Notes: generated from the letters alone by a model not told the origin. A stretch of 64,000 bases of DNA from Bacteroidia bacterium (GCA_020049855.1 JAGVLJ010000017.1:1239-65238), one strand, 5' to 3'. Counted from the stretch's first letter, positions 20,689 through 31,827 are shown. Numbers and translations are program-made.

Positions 20689-21141
20689 TCACTCTCTATT
20701 TTTCGAATCTATTACAATGGTAACAGGTCCGTCATTTATTAAGGTTACTTTCATATAGGCACCAAATTCTCCCGTTGCTATTTTTACTCCAAGTTCTTTT
20801 TCCAGTTGGGTAATGAGGTATTGGTATTGCGAAATAGCCTTTTCGTGCCGTGCTGCTTTCAGGTAAGAAGGGCGATTTCCTTTTTTGGTAGAGGCATGTA
20901 AAGTGAATTGACTTACCAGCAAAATCGCACCGCCTGCATCCTTAATATTTTTATTCATTACTCCATTTTCATCAGGGAAAATGCGAAGGTTACAGATTTT
21001 GCTACAAATCCATTCCGTATCTTCGTTCATGTCGGCATCTTCTATCCCAACCAATATCATCAACCCTCTTTCAATAGAAGAAAAAAGTTGTTCATTAATG
21101 GTTATTGATGCATTATTTACCCGTTGGATAACTATCCTCAT
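20689..21141 (-). CDS. dtd: D-aminoacyl-tRNA deacylase
   Basis: 150 aa, N-terminal MRIVIQRV and SQFTL motif, characteristic Dtd length. Confidence 0.9.
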   Translation of the reverse strand: MRIVIQRVNNASITINEQLFSSIERGLMILVGIEDADMNEDTEWICSKICNLRIFPDENGVMNKNIKDAGGAILLVSQFTLHASTKKGNRPSYLKAARHEKAISQYQYLITQLEKELGVKIATGEFGAYMKVTLINDGPVTIVIDSKNRE

Positions 21142-21150
21142 AAATTTATG

Positions 21151-22071
21151 TTAATGGTGAATGTCTTCGTTGCGAAGCATACTCAGGTAATTGCGGTAAC
21201 GCTCTTCATCGAGTTTTCCTTCTTCCAGGGCTTTCAATACGGCACAATCAGGTTCATTTACATGCTGGCAATTATTAAAGCGGCAATCACCCATCAGTAA
21301 TCGCATTTCGGGAAAATAATGGGAGAGTTCTTGCTCCGAAATATCAACTAATCCTAAATCTTTAATTCCCGGAGTGTCAATAATAAAACTGTCGGGCATT
21401 AATTTAAACATTTCGGCAAACGTGGTGGTGTGCATTCCTTTTTCTGAGTATGCCGAAACTTCGCCTGTCTTGCGTTCAGTTTCCGGCTCAAGGGCATTAA
21501 TTAGGGACGATTTACCAACGCCCGAATGACCCGCAAGTAAAGTAACATTACCATCCAGTATTTTTTTTAGATCGGCTATTCCATCCGTTTTTACAGCCGA
21601 GGTGCGAATTGTTTTATAGCCGAGCGATTGATACAGTTTTTCATATTCAGAAAGAATATGCTTTGCATCCTCGTTATATAAATCAATTTTATTAAATGCT
21701 ATGGTTACGGGAATATGATAAGCCTCGGCAGTAACAAGAAATCGGTCAATAAATCCGGTGCTTGTTCTGGGGTAAAACAACGTTACAATGAGTAAGGCCT
21801 GATCTATATTAGCGGCAAGTATCTGGGTTTGTTTAGCAAGGTTATTTGATTTGCGGATGATGTAATTTTTTCTTTCTTTCAGTTCGGTGATTATTCCAGT
21901 TTCTTTTTCAGATTCCTGTTCTATCACCACTTTATCACCAACGGAAATCGGATTGGTATGTTTAATTCCGTCAAGGCGAAATTTCCCTTTTAACCTACAT
22001 TCCATGAAACAACCGCTCTCCAAACGAACCGTGTACCAGCTTCCGGTTGATTTGGTTACAATGCCTTTCAT
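21151..22071 (-). CDS. rsgA: Ribosome small-subunit-dependent GTPase A
   Basis: OB-fold N-terminus, circularly permuted GTPase (NKIDL, GHSGVGKSSLINAL) and C-terminal Zn-finger cysteines (CRFNNCQHVNEPDC). Confidence 0.9.
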   Translation of the reverse strand: MKGIVTKSTGSWYTVRLESGCFMECRLKGKFRLDGIKHTNPISVGDKVVIEQESEKETGIITELKERKNYIIRKSNNLAKQTQILAANIDQALLIVTLFYPRTSTGFIDRFLVTAEAYHIPVTIAFNKIDLYNEDAKHILSEYEKLYQSLGYKTIRTSAVKTDGIADLKKILDGNVTLLAGHSGVGKSSLINALEPETERKTGEVSAYSEKGMHTTTFAEMFKLMPDSFIIDTPGIKDLGLVDISEQELSHYFPEMRLLMGDCRFNNCQHVNEPDCAVLKALEEGKLDEERYRNYLSMLRNEDIHH

Positions 22072-22436
22072 ATTCCGGAAATTTTGTATCCGATAAAAAC
22101 GAGAGCAACCCCTGTCACATTGGTAAGCAAAATATAGGAGACTGCAGTGAAATAAGATTTAGCCTGCAGTAGATGAAATGTTTCGAGTCCGAATGAAGAA
22201 AACGTGGTGAAGCCGCCCAATACACCGGTAATCAAAAAAAAATAAAATGACCGATCGGCTGCATTTTTATTGAGTAGAGCCCATACAAGCCCAATGGCAA
22301 AACAGCCGATTAGATTTACCACAAAGGTGTGCCACGGAAACTGGGACATTTCGCGCACGCCCACCCATTGGCCAATTACATACCTGAACACCGAACCAAC
22401 GGCACCGCCCACCCCAACCCAAATCAAAGGATTCAT
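22068..22436 (-). CDS. crcB: Fluoride ion channel CrcB/FluC
   Basis: 122 aa, four TM helices, GGxxGxxxRY motif; overlaps rsgA by 4 nt. Confidence 0.9.
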   Translation of the reverse strand: MNPLIWVGVGGAVGSVFRYVIGQWVGVREMSQFPWHTFVVNLIGCFAIGLVWALLNKNAADRSFYFFLITGVLGGFTTFSSFGLETFHLLQAKSYFTAVSYILLTNVTGVALVFIGYKISGI

Positions 22437-22535
22437 GGGGATAAAGATACGGGATTCGTTTAAAAGTGCAGAAATATGAACAGGAATTAGGTAAAAAAAT
22501 ACTAACTTTATAGGTGATTAGTTTTCTTTGCTTTT

Positions 22536-23459
22536 ATGAAAAAGATGGCCGTTTTGGATTTAGGTACAAATACCTTTCACCTGCATATTGCCAATGTGGG
22601 GGAGACTGGTTTTGAAACGGTATTCAAATTGCAAATTCCGGTAAAACTTGGAGAGGGAGGCATTAACCAGGGATATATTGGAGAGGGGGCATATAAGCGG
22701 GGTATTGCAGCCATCAAAGTTTTTGCAACCGAATTAAAAAATTATCAGGTAGATTTAATCAAAGCATTCGCAACCTCAGCTATTCGGGATGCGTCAAACG
22801 GATTAAAATTTTTGGAAGAAGTTAAACGCGATACTCAAATTGAAATTGATGCGATTACCGGAGAGCAGGAAGCTTTACTTATTTGTGATGGGGTGCGCTA
22901 TTCGTTGCCGTTTTCTTCAGAACCCATGTTAATTATGGATATTGGTGGCGGAAGTGTGGAGTTTATTATTGCTAATAAGCAGCATGTTTTCTGGAAGCAA
23001 AGTTTTCGTCTGGGTGCAGCGCGACTTATCGAAAAATATCATCGCAGCGACCCAATGGGAGAGGAGGAGTGTATTGGTTTGTATGAGTATCTCCGGTTAG
23101 AATTGGCTCCCCTTTGGGATGCATTAAACCAATTTCCGGTAACCGATTTGGTGGGTGCTGCAGGTTCATTTGAATCGGTAGTAGAGTTGGTAGGGGATTT
23201 ATTAAAAAAGCCGGTTAAACTATATTCCGCTAAAAGCCATTTAATTGAATTGAACGACTTTTTTCAGATTCATTCTATACTGATAAAGTCAACGGCCGAA
23301 GAACGGAGAAAAATGAAAGGTTTGGTTTCTTTTAGGGTTGAAATGATGGTGGTAGCAATCTGTATAATTGATGTGGTTTTAAAACAAACGGGAATTAACC
23401 AACTTATAGCATCGGAGTACTCGCTTAAGGAAGGTGTTTTTTTCTTTGAAAAAAATTAG
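22536..23459 (+). CDS. Ppx/GppA-family phosphatase (exopolyphosphatase-like)
   Basis: ASKHA-fold N-terminus (LDLGTNTFHL), 307 aa. Confidence 0.8.
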   Translation: MKKMAVLDLGTNTFHLHIANVGETGFETVFKLQIPVKLGEGGINQGYIGEGAYKRGIAAIKVFATELKNYQVDLIKAFATSAIRDASNGLKFLEEVKRDTQIEIDAITGEQEALLICDGVRYSLPFSSEPMLIMDIGGGSVEFIIANKQHVFWKQSFRLGAARLIEKYHRSDPMGEEECIGLYEYLRLELAPLWDALNQFPVTDLVGAAGSFESVVELVGDLLKKPVKLYSAKSHLIELNDFFQIHSILIKSTAEERRKMKGLVSFRVEMMVVAICIIDVVLKQTGINQLIASEYSLKEGVFFFEKN

Positions 23460-24022
23460 ACTCCGAGTTTTTTTAATTCCTCATTCACCCTGCTTACGGG
23501 CAACCCCATTACATTATAAAAGCAACCATTTATTTTTTGTACAGCTGTGTAGCCGAACCAATCCTGAATTCCGTAGCTGCCGGCCTTATCGAACGGGTGA
23601 TATTGATGAATATAATGCCATATTTCATCATCTGGGAGTTGTTTGCAGGTTACTTCGGTGCGTTCAAAAAAAGTATGAACTATTTCTGTTGTACGCAAAC
23701 AAACCCCGGTAAATACTTCATGCGTGGTGCCACAAATAGTTTTCAGCATTCGGAAAGCATCATCTTCGTCTTCGGGTTTATTTAATAAGCGGTCGTTTAC
23801 CCATACAATGGTATCGGCCGTAAGTAAAATATGATTGGTTAAATCACCGGGAAAGTGTAACGCCTTCTTTTTTGCCAGATACACGGCAATCTCGTAACTA
23901 TGCAGTTCGGCTGGAAAACTTTCATCAACTTCATAGGTGTGAATATCATAAGCAAGTTCAAGTCCTTTAATAAGTTCTTGCCTTCTGGGAGACTTGGATG
24001 CAAGGATTATTTTTTTATTCAT
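23456..24022 (-). CDS. maf: Maf-like nucleoside-triphosphate pyrophosphatase
   Basis: ILASKSPRRQELI N-terminal signature, about 190 aa. Confidence 0.9.
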   Translation of the reverse strand: MNKKIILASKSPRRQELIKGLELAYDIHTYEVDESFPAELHSYEIAVYLAKKKALHFPGDLTNHILLTADTIVWVNDRLLNKPEDEDDAFRMLKTICGTTHEVFTGVCLRTTEIVHTFFERTEVTCKQLPDDEIWHYIHQYHPFDKAGSYGIQDWFGYTAVQKINGCFYNVMGLPVSRVNEELKKLGV

Positions 24023-24031
24023 ACCTTTTAA

Positions 24032-25108
24032 TTAAAATAAAAGGTTAAACTTTTCACCAAGTATCTTTAAATCTTTTATCACGTTTTCGTTTAATGGAAT
24101 TCCGTTATTTAACCTTTGCTCGGTCAATATGAATTCCGGTTCACCGGGTATCAAAACCCTTTCTGAAATATCAACAGATGGAGCACTTTTAAAACGTTGA
24201 ATCCAGTTGTCCATATGCTTTTTGAAATCATCAGCCGGACGAAATGCATCGATACGCATGGCACCTACAAGATGCCCCAGCCCTTTGCCGGGCAAATCTG
24301 GAAGCGGGTCTAGAAAAGTGACAAATGGCGGAACCCATGGGCCATAGTTGGCACCTCCCAATATAGCACTCATAATATCCACTAAGGCGCCTAAACCGTA
24401 TCCTTTATGTCCGGCCGCATCATGCGAGCTACCCAGCGGTAACAAGGCTCCACCATTTTTTACGGCATTTGCATCGGTGCTATCATTTCCATCTTTATCC
24501 TGTACCCATCCTAATGGAATGGGCTTACCTTCACGTTGAGCAATTTCGAGCTTCCCATTTGCAGCCGAAGAGGTGGCCATATCAAGTACAAATGGTTTTT
24601 CATGAAGTGCCGGAATCGCAACACTAATCGGATTGGTACCCAGCAAACGCTCTTTACTGAAGGTGGGTGCTACTAATGGACTGGCGTTGGTCATGGCAAA
24701 GCCAATCATATCGTATTCCAAAGCCAACATGCTATGATAACCTGCAATACCAAAATGATTAGAATTCATTACACTTACCCAGCCGCTGCCACATTGTTTA
24801 GCTTTTTCAATTGCTATATTCATAGCAAACGGAGCAGAGATTAATCCTAAAGCTGCATCGGCATCTAAGGTTGCCGTAGAAGGCGTTTCATGAATAATTT
24901 TCATAATGGGGGTTGCGTTTACCCGTTGTTTTTCCCATAATCGCACATAGCCCGATAAGCGTGCCACACCATGCGAATCGATTCCACGGATATCGGCAGC
25001 CAGCAATACACTGGCACCTAGTTGGGCATGTTCTCTACTGTGCCCTATTTTTAAGAGAATGTTTTCAGTGAATGAATACAGGTGTTCTCTGCTAAAAAGA
25101 GATGACAT
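24032..25108 (-). CDS. Ldh_2-family (malate/L-lactate/ureidoglycolate dehydrogenase type 2) oxidoreductase
   Basis: 358 aa with family-typical DSHG and HKGYGL motifs. Confidence 0.75.
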   Translation of the reverse strand: MSSLFSREHLYSFTENILLKIGHSREHAQLGASVLLAADIRGIDSHGVARLSGYVRLWEKQRVNATPIMKIIHETPSTATLDADAALGLISAPFAMNIAIEKAKQCGSGWVSVMNSNHFGIAGYHSMLALEYDMIGFAMTNASPLVAPTFSKERLLGTNPISVAIPALHEKPFVLDMATSSAANGKLEIAQREGKPIPLGWVQDKDGNDSTDANAVKNGGALLPLGSSHDAAGHKGYGLGALVDIMSAILGGANYGPWVPPFVTFLDPLPDLPGKGLGHLVGAMRIDAFRPADDFKKHMDNWIQRFKSAPSVDISERVLIPGEPEFILTEQRLNNGIPLNENVIKDLKILGEKFNLLF

Positions 25109-25129
25109 ATATGAGGAGATTGATGAAAA

Positions 25130-26035
25130 TTATTTTGTGTCTATGATTAATGGAGAACTTCCTTTATTAGGAATAACAATCACTTTTGAGTTTGGTGATT
25201 TGGCCAGCTCTAGATTTGCTTTTATGCTTTCGTATTGAAGTTGCTTATCGCTCAATCCGCTGCTTATGATTTTTTGATAGTCGGCAATCCCTTGTGCTTC
25301 CACGCGCTTACGTTCGGCTTCCTGTTTTTCTTTTTGTAAAACAAATTGCATTTTTTGTGCCTCCTGTTCTGCATTTATTTTTGATTCAATACTTGTTTTT
25401 ACAGATTGGGGGAGGGTTATATTCCGAATGAGTAATTGTTCCAAAATGAGTCCACGATTTTTAAAGTCTTTTTCAATACTGTTAAATATGCGGGTTTGAA
25501 ATTCATCTCTTCTTTTTGAATATAACGAAACGGCATCATAATACACGGCATTATCACGAATTTTTGTACGCGTTAAGGGGCGCACAATTTTGTCTTGGTA
25601 GTCGAGCCCTGTTTGTTGAAGCAATCTGGGTGCTTCAGACGAAACAACACGGTAGAGAACTGTTAGGTCAATGGTTACTTCAAGTCCGTCAGATGTGAGT
25701 ACACGAATAGCATCATCACCTGATTTGCCTCCTTCATCATGGATACCACTCATGGTATAATTTTGTGTGCGTATATCTACTGATTTCACTTCCACCATCG
25801 GATTAATAAAATGCAAACCGCTTTCTAATGTTTCAGGTTTTACCTGTCCGAAAAGTGTTTGAACTCCTATTTCGCCCGGATCTATTTGTTTAAAACAAGC
25901 CGATAATAATCCGAAGGCTATTAAACCATAACCGGCCCATTTCACCTGCTTCATGATTTTGGCGAGGTTGTAAACTCGCGAGGCAATTACTCCTGCAAGC
26001 ACTACTACAATAATACCAAGTACTATTAGTCCCAT
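25130..26035 (-). CDS. SPFH/band-7 (prohibitin/HflC-like) membrane protein
   Basis: N-terminal TM, SPFH domain, C-terminal coiled-coil (EQEAQKMQFVLQKEKQEAERKRVEAQ). Confidence 0.8.
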   Translation of the reverse strand: MGLIVLGIIVVVLAGVIASRVYNLAKIMKQVKWAGYGLIAFGLLSACFKQIDPGEIGVQTLFGQVKPETLESGLHFINPMVEVKSVDIRTQNYTMSGIHDEGGKSGDDAIRVLTSDGLEVTIDLTVLYRVVSSEAPRLLQQTGLDYQDKIVRPLTRTKIRDNAVYYDAVSLYSKRRDEFQTRIFNSIEKDFKNRGLILEQLLIRNITLPQSVKTSIESKINAEQEAQKMQFVLQKEKQEAERKRVEAQGIADYQKIISSGLSDKQLQYESIKANLELAKSPNSKVIVIPNKGSSPLIIDTK

Positions 26036-26047
26036 AAGTATAAATAT

Positions 26048-26803
26048 TTAGTTAATTCCCAAAGCAAGTAATTCTGCCAGATGCATCACTTTTATCGGTA
26101 CATTATTTTTTTGTACATATGTATCCAGATGTAACAGGCAACTGTAATCAGTAGAGACAATATACTGTGCTTCTGTTGCAAGTGCTTTTTCAATTTTTTG
26201 TTCAGCTAATGAAACAGAAATGGATTCAAATTTATAAGAAAATATACCACCAAAACCACAGCAATTTTCGGTATCGATCATTTCAATTAATTCAAGACCC
26301 TTTATGTTATTAAGCAATACTCTTGGGGCATCTTTTATTTTTAGTTCTCGCAGGGCACTGCACGAATCGTGATACGTTACTCTCCCTTCAAAGCGGCATT
26401 CTAAATTCGGTTTCCGAAGTACATTCACCAGAAAGTCGCTTAACTCAAACATGTTTTTTTGCACTTTTCGACATTGGTTATGAAGTGATGTGTTTTGAAA
26501 AATTCCGTTGTAGTGATTTTTTACCATTCCGATGCACGAGGCGGCAGGGCATACAATCGGCTTTTCAATTGGTTTTGCAAATGGTTTGTCCGGATCTCCC
26601 AATGGAAATTCCTGAATAAATTTTTCAGCTACCTCGCGTGCCTCATTCCAGAAACCTGCTGTATAGGCGGGTTGCCCGCAACAGGTTTGCTCGGTGTTAT
26701 AAATTACATTACATCCGGCTTTTTCCAATACCTTAATCATATCGAAAGCAATAGATGGCTTTAGCTGATCAATAAAACAAGGAATAAACAATTCAACCTG
26801 CAT
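26048..26803 (-). CDS. Cys-rich (Fe-S) oxidoreductase, LutA/GlpC-like with CCG domains
   Basis: Two CCG-type motifs (TCCGQP and CCGFGG); start taken at the internal Met MQVELFIPCF. Confidence 0.7.
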   Translation of the reverse strand: MQVELFIPCFIDQLKPSIAFDMIKVLEKAGCNVIYNTEQTCCGQPAYTAGFWNEAREVAEKFIQEFPLGDPDKPFAKPIEKPIVCPAASCIGMVKNHYNGIFQNTSLHNQCRKVQKNMFELSDFLVNVLRKPNLECRFEGRVTYHDSCSALRELKIKDAPRVLLNNIKGLELIEMIDTENCCGFGGIFSYKFESISVSLAEQKIEKALATEAQYIVSTDYSCLLHLDTYVQKNNVPIKVMHLAELLALGIN

Positions 26804-28139
26804 GAATGCCTTTGAAGTTTTTAATTTGCAACATAGATAACAGTCCAAAGATAAAAAAAGCAGCCAAAGCTAAGGCAGAGTACCTCATACTATCTGTTAA
26901 TTCTTCAATAAAACCATAGGCAAATGTGCCAAGTACAATAGCAATTTTTTCCACTACATCATAAAAGCTAAAATAAGATGCATGATTGTAGGTATTGTCG
27001 GGTATCAATTTGGCATACGTAGAGCGGAACAAACTTTGTATGCCTCCCATTACAGTGCCTACTACTGCACCAAGAATGTAAAACTGAGCGGGGGTTTGAA
27101 TAAAATAAGCAAACACACATACAAAAATCCAAACAACAACTAAAATGCGTAGTGTACGAATATTTCCTATTTTTCCCGAAATAGCTGAAAAAAGTAAAGC
27201 CCCGGGAACACCAATAAGGTTGATGAGCAGAACTGCTCCAATCAGGTTTGTTGCAGGCAAATGAAGTTCTTTTGCACCAAATAAACTTGCTACATACATA
27301 ACTGTTTGAAGCCCCATACTTACAAAAAAGAAGGAACGCAAAAATTGGCGAAGTTTAAGATTCACTGCAATTTCACCCCACACTTTTTTTAATTGGTCAA
27401 CGCCATGATTAAGTGCCCCGCCTCTAATTCGTTTTTCTTCGCTAGGTAAATGAAAAAAGGTGATCTGTGCAAACCCCGCCCACCATATACCTACCGAAAT
27501 GAAGGCAATTTTAGTAGCCATTGATGGGGAGATAAAGGAAATAACCGGTTGGCCTCCTTTGAGTGGAGTCTCCGTGAGGAGAATCAAGGCAAGATTTGCA
27601 ATTAGCAGCAGAACACTTCCAAAATAGCCATAAGAATAACCGCGGGCACTTACTTTATCATAGCGATCCTCTGTAGTGATTTCCGGAAGAAAGGCATTAT
27701 AAAAAACAATGCTGCCGGCATATCCAATCATACCAAGAATAAAAAAGAGAAGGCCTACCCAAATTCTATCTGGATCAAAATAGTAAAGTGTAACACAACT
27801 GGAAGCTCCCATGTAGCAGAAGAATTGCATAAAGGCCTTTTTCTTGGCCTTAATATCCGCAATACCCGAGAGTAAAGGTTGTATAATAGCAACCAGCAAA
27901 AAGGCAACAGAAAGGGCATAGGAGTAGAGGGCGGTATTTACAAAGTCGCGACCCAAAAAATGGGTGTAATACTGCCCGTCTCTAACCATGCCATTGGCAA
28001 CCGCAGCCTTTTTGGTTACACTTTCAAAATAAATAGGAAATATAGCGGTGGTAATAGATAGTGGAAATACCGAATTTGCCCAGTCATACATGGCCCAGGC
28101 TCGTTCGAGTTTACGATTTGGAATGCGGATTTCCGTCAC
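26793..28139 (-). CDS. MFS transporter (UMF1-like)
   Basis: 448 aa with about 12 TM helices in the usual MFS 6+6 arrangement. Confidence 0.75.
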   Translation of the reverse strand: MTEIRIPNRKLERAWAMYDWANSVFPLSITTAIFPIYFESVTKKAAVANGMVRDGQYYTHFLGRDFVNTALYSYALSVAFLLVAIIQPLLSGIADIKAKKKAFMQFFCYMGASSCVTLYYFDPDRIWVGLLFFILGMIGYAGSIVFYNAFLPEITTEDRYDKVSARGYSYGYFGSVLLLIANLALILLTETPLKGGQPVISFISPSMATKIAFISVGIWWAGFAQITFFHLPSEEKRIRGGALNHGVDQLKKVWGEIAVNLKLRQFLRSFFFVSMGLQTVMYVASLFGAKELHLPATNLIGAVLLINLIGVPGALLFSAISGKIGNIRTLRILVVVWIFVCVFAYFIQTPAQFYILGAVVGTVMGGIQSLFRSTYAKLIPDNTYNHASYFSFYDVVEKIAIVLGTFAYGFIEELTDSMRYSALALAAFFIFGLLSMLQIKNFKGIHAG

Positions 28140-28159
28140 CTCCGCAAATTAGCAAAAAA

Positions 28160-29392
28160 TCAGGCTGCTTTTAATGCCTTGAATTTTATTTTCTCAAAGC
28201 AGGCTTTGGTGTACCCAAGATCAATGGTAATGGATTTGGCGTTGTTTTTACTGCTAGGCAAATCGTACATGTAATCCAGCATAATTGCCTCCATAATGGA
28301 GCGAAGGCCGCGTGCACCCAGTTTATACTCCTGAGCTTTCTCTACCACAAAATCAACTACCTCATCATCAATATTCAGTTTTACACCTTCCATTTCAAAA
28401 AGCTTTTCGTATTGTTTTATCAAAGCGTTTTTTGGTTCCAGAAGTATTTGTTTTAAGGCACTTTGATCTAAGGGATTCAGATGAGTGAGGATTGGTAAAC
28501 GCCCAATTATTTCAGGAATCAGGCCATAGCCCCGTACATCACTTGGAGATATAAACTGCAACATATTTTGGTCATCTCCGGGTTTGTCATCAGTGTTTTT
28601 AAAACCGATGGCCTGTGTTTGAATTCTGCGAGCAATTATTTTGTCAATGCCCTCAAAAGCTCCACCGCAAATGAACAAAATATTGTCAGTATTAATCTGA
28701 ATCATTTTTTGATCCGGATGCTTGCGTCCTCCCTGCGGGGGTACATTAGCAATTGTACCTTCCAAAATTTTTAACAGAGCCTGTTGCACACCTTCACCGC
28801 TTACGTCTCGGGTAATGCTTGGATTGTCACTTTTGCGGGAAATTTTATCTATTTCGTCAATGTACACAATACCTCTTTCGGCAGCGGCTACATCGTAATC
28901 GGCCGCCTGGAGCAAGCGGGAAAGGATGCTTTCTACATCTTCCCCAACATATCCGGCCTCGGTAAGTACCGTGGCATCGGCAATGCAAAAAGGAACCTGC
29001 AGCACTTTGGCCAGTGTTTTAGCCAGAAGTGTTTTTCCGGTACCGGTTTCCCCTACTAATAGAATATTGGACTTTTCAAGCTCCACATTTTCTGAAAGTA
29101 GTTTATGTTTTAAACGTTTAAAATGATTGTAAACGGCAACAGAAAGTACCCGTTTAGCCTCGTCCTGCCCGATGACGTATTCATCCAAATGCGCCTTTAT
29201 TTCGAATGGCTTTAACAGCTTAAAGGTAAGCTTGTTTTTCTTTTCTTTCTGATTACCCAATTCTTCATTAACAATGCGAAATGCCTGATTTACGCAACTA
29301 TCGCATATATATGCATTCAATCCGGCAATCAGAAACTCGGTCTCTGTTTTATTGCGTCCGCAAAAAGAACATTTATCGTCTTTACCTTTCAT
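28160..29392 (-). CDS. clpX: ATP-dependent Clp protease ATP-binding subunit ClpX
   Basis: N-terminal C4 zinc finger (CSFCGR…CDSC), Walker A GETGTGKT, about 410 aa. Confidence 0.95.
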   Translation of the reverse strand: MKGKDDKCSFCGRNKTETEFLIAGLNAYICDSCVNQAFRIVNEELGNQKEKKNKLTFKLLKPFEIKAHLDEYVIGQDEAKRVLSVAVYNHFKRLKHKLLSENVELEKSNILLVGETGTGKTLLAKTLAKVLQVPFCIADATVLTEAGYVGEDVESILSRLLQAADYDVAAAERGIVYIDEIDKISRKSDNPSITRDVSGEGVQQALLKILEGTIANVPPQGGRKHPDQKMIQINTDNILFICGGAFEGIDKIIARRIQTQAIGFKNTDDKPGDDQNMLQFISPSDVRGYGLIPEIIGRLPILTHLNPLDQSALKQILLEPKNALIKQYEKLFEMEGVKLNIDDEVVDFVVEKAQEYKLGARGLRSIMEAIMLDYMYDLPSSKNNAKSITIDLGYTKACFEKIKFKALKAA

Positions 29393-29452
29393 AATTTGGA
29401 TTTAAATATGATAGGCATAGATCAATTATCTGCATCGTATTTGTATTCTAAG

Positions 29453-30133
29453 TTATTTTTTTGCGTGCTTGGTAAGTACTTCGTCAATCATTCCATAGGC
29501 CTTAGCTTCTTCGGCAATCATCCAGTAATCACGATCCGAATCTTTCCATACTTTATCAAACGGCTGACCACTGTGGTTCGCAATAATCTCGTAAAGTTCT
29601 TTTTTCAGTTTTTCAATTTCACGGTAGGTGATTTCGATATCTGAAGCTTGTCCCTGTGCCCCGCCCATAGGTTGATGAATCATTACGCGGGCATGTCTTA
29701 AAGCGGTTCGTTTTCCTTTGGCTCCGGCACACAGTAATACTGCTGCCATTGATGCCGCCATGCTGGTACAAATGGTGGCCACATCAGGGTTTACCCATTG
29801 CATGGTGTCATAAATTCCCAATCCTGCATACACCGAACCACCCGGACTGTTGATGTATAACTGTATATCTCTTTTCGCATCCATCGACTCTAAGAAGAGA
29901 AGCTGTGCCTGTATAATATTGGCGAAATAATCATCAACCTGCGTTCCAAGAAAGATAATTCTATCTGCCATTAAACGTGAAAAAACATCAATTTCCCTGA
30001 AGTTCATGGGGCGTTCTTCAATAACCGTTCTGGTCATATCTTTAACAGAACTTTTAATATATGACTCAACTTTTAAACTACTAATGCCAAGATGTTGGGT
30101 GGCATATTTTCTGAATTCAATTCCGTCATTCAT
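29453..30133 (-). CDS. clpP: ATP-dependent Clp protease proteolytic subunit
   Basis: Catalytic Ser/His/Asp context (GMAASMAA, HQP), 226 aa. Confidence 0.95.
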   Translation of the reverse strand: MNDGIEFRKYATQHLGISSLKVESYIKSSVKDMTRTVIEERPMNFREIDVFSRLMADRIIFLGTQVDDYFANIIQAQLLFLESMDAKRDIQLYINSPGGSVYAGLGIYDTMQWVNPDVATICTSMAASMAAVLLCAGAKGKRTALRHARVMIHQPMGGAQGQASDIEITYREIEKLKKELYEIIANHSGQPFDKVWKDSDRDYWMIAEEAKAYGMIDEVLTKHAKK

Positions 30134-30267
30134 ACGAAGTAAATTTTTGATAAGATTTTACGAGTATAGTCAATTTCAATACCATTACAAAATACCCGCA
30201 TTTTGTCATAGATTTCAAAAACAGGTTAAATGAGAACGCTTAAATTTTTGGAACTGAGGGTTGTTAA

Positions 30268-31707
30268 TTAATGACTGTGGACGCCCTCGTGGCTGTGCTC
30301 ATGTTGGTGCTCATGATTGTGAACATGTTCATGTTGCTGGTGATGGAGGTTGCTGTGTTCCTTCATTTTCTTGAAAAAATCATCAATCAATAGTTCTTTT
30401 TCCTCAATTGTAACCATATTCTTAAGCGCATTGATAACTTTAGTTTCAATGGCCATATTCAGCATGCGTGAGCGGTAGTTTTGATCTTTTAGCTGTTCTT
30501 TGGCGTAAGTTTCAAGGTAATCACTAACCGGAATATTCATATTATAACCAAAAAACATGCGTTTTGTGTAATTTACCGAGGCGTTTAATAAGTCCGGGTC
30601 TTCTATTTTTAATCCCTGATCTGCAATTACTTTTTCCTGAAAAAGTGTTGAACGCAGGTATTTTGCTTCAGGTTCATATTTATTATCTACCGTATCAGGA
30701 GTAAACTTATCTGGATGCCGATCAATAAGCCAACGCTTTAAGAAGGAGTCGGGCAAGGAAATAGAATGTTTCGCCAACATGGCATCAAATAACTCATGCT
30801 CCAGGGCATGATCCGCCTCTGATGCATAAAATTGCTTTAATTCTTCTTTTACTTTAGCTCTGAATTCTCCTTCGGTTTTAACGGAATTTTCGCCATATAC
30901 TTTATCAAAAAATTCCTGATTCATTTCAGCAAGTTCCTGTCTTTTGATTTCTATTACAGTAAAACTAAAAAGTCTATGTAAATCAGTTACGGTCTCTTTA
31001 CTAATTTTTAAAACTGTTGAAATTTCAGTTGTATTGTTATCAAACACTTCAAAAATATCGGCTGTCACCAAAGCCCCTGATTTCTGTCCGAGAAATGTTT
31101 TTTGTGTAGCCTCGTGTTTTATAGCCGACAGAAGAATTGGAAACTCGGCCTGAACTCCGCCTTCCCAAAAAGTTCCCTCCTCATTTAATTCTTTTGCATC
31201 TACAGTTAGTATATCGTTTGCCTCAGCAATGTCCACGCTAACTTGATTTCCGTACCGTTGCCTTGAGCGTTCCACTTCCTTTGAAATAAGGTCTTCGTCA
31301 ATAGTCGGAACATGTTTTACAAAATAATCATTCTTGGAAATGTTGAGGTCAAATTTTGGGGACAGGCCAATATCAAAACGAAATTTAAAGTCTTCAGTCA
31401 CCGTCCAATCATAGTTCTCGTTGTCGGCACTTAACACCGGTTGACCCAAAATTTCAAGCGCGTTTTCTTTAAGGTAATTGTTTAATACTTCAGACGTAAA
31501 ATTGTTCACCTCGTCAACTAATACGGCTGAACCGTACATTTTTTGAATCATGCCCATAGGGGCCTTTCCAGGTCTAAAGCCGGGAATATTAGCTCGCTTC
31601 TGGTAATTTTTCAGAGCCTTTTCAACGCGCGGGGCATAATCAGTTTTTGTTACGTTTACGGTGAGTACCGCGTTCAGATCGTCTTTGTGGTCAATAGAGA
31701 TGTTCAC
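30268..31707 (-). CDS. tig: Trigger factor with a His-rich C-terminal extension
   Basis: 479 aa with the ribosome-binding motif region (GFRPGKAP), a PPIase-like middle and C-terminal arm, plus a tail HHQQHEHVHNHEHQHEHSHEGVHSH. Confidence 0.9.
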   Translation of the reverse strand: MNISIDHKDDLNAVLTVNVTKTDYAPRVEKALKNYQKRANIPGFRPGKAPMGMIQKMYGSAVLVDEVNNFTSEVLNNYLKENALEILGQPVLSADNENYDWTVTEDFKFRFDIGLSPKFDLNISKNDYFVKHVPTIDEDLISKEVERSRQRYGNQVSVDIAEANDILTVDAKELNEEGTFWEGGVQAEFPILLSAIKHEATQKTFLGQKSGALVTADIFEVFDNNTTEISTVLKISKETVTDLHRLFSFTVIEIKRQELAEMNQEFFDKVYGENSVKTEGEFRAKVKEELKQFYASEADHALEHELFDAMLAKHSISLPDSFLKRWLIDRHPDKFTPDTVDNKYEPEAKYLRSTLFQEKVIADQGLKIEDPDLLNASVNYTKRMFFGYNMNIPVSDYLETYAKEQLKDQNYRSRMLNMAIETKVINALKNMVTIEEKELLIDDFFKKMKEHSNLHHQQHEHVHNHEHQHEHSHEGVHSH

Positions 31708-31744
31708 TGAATGTGTTGTTTATAGTATTGAGAATAAGTTAAAA

Positions 31745-31827
31745 GTGCGCACGGAGGGACTCGAACCCCCACGCCTTTCGGCACCAGATCCTAAGTCTGG
31801 CACGGCTACCAATTACGCCACGTGCGC
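31745..31827 (-). tRNA. tRNA-Leu (anticodon TAG), type II with a long variable arm
   Basis: Reverse complement folds as a cloverleaf: 7-bp acceptor GCGCACG/CGTGCGC, anticodon loop CTTAGGA, long variable arm, T-arm GGGGGTTCGAGTCCCTC. Confidence 0.85.

Noticed and set aside
22437-22535. Possible fluoride riboswitch upstream of crcB
   Set aside because: Neither strand of the 99-bp crcB leader shows the conserved crcB-motif pseudoknot elements; it looks like a plain divergent promoter region shared with ppx.
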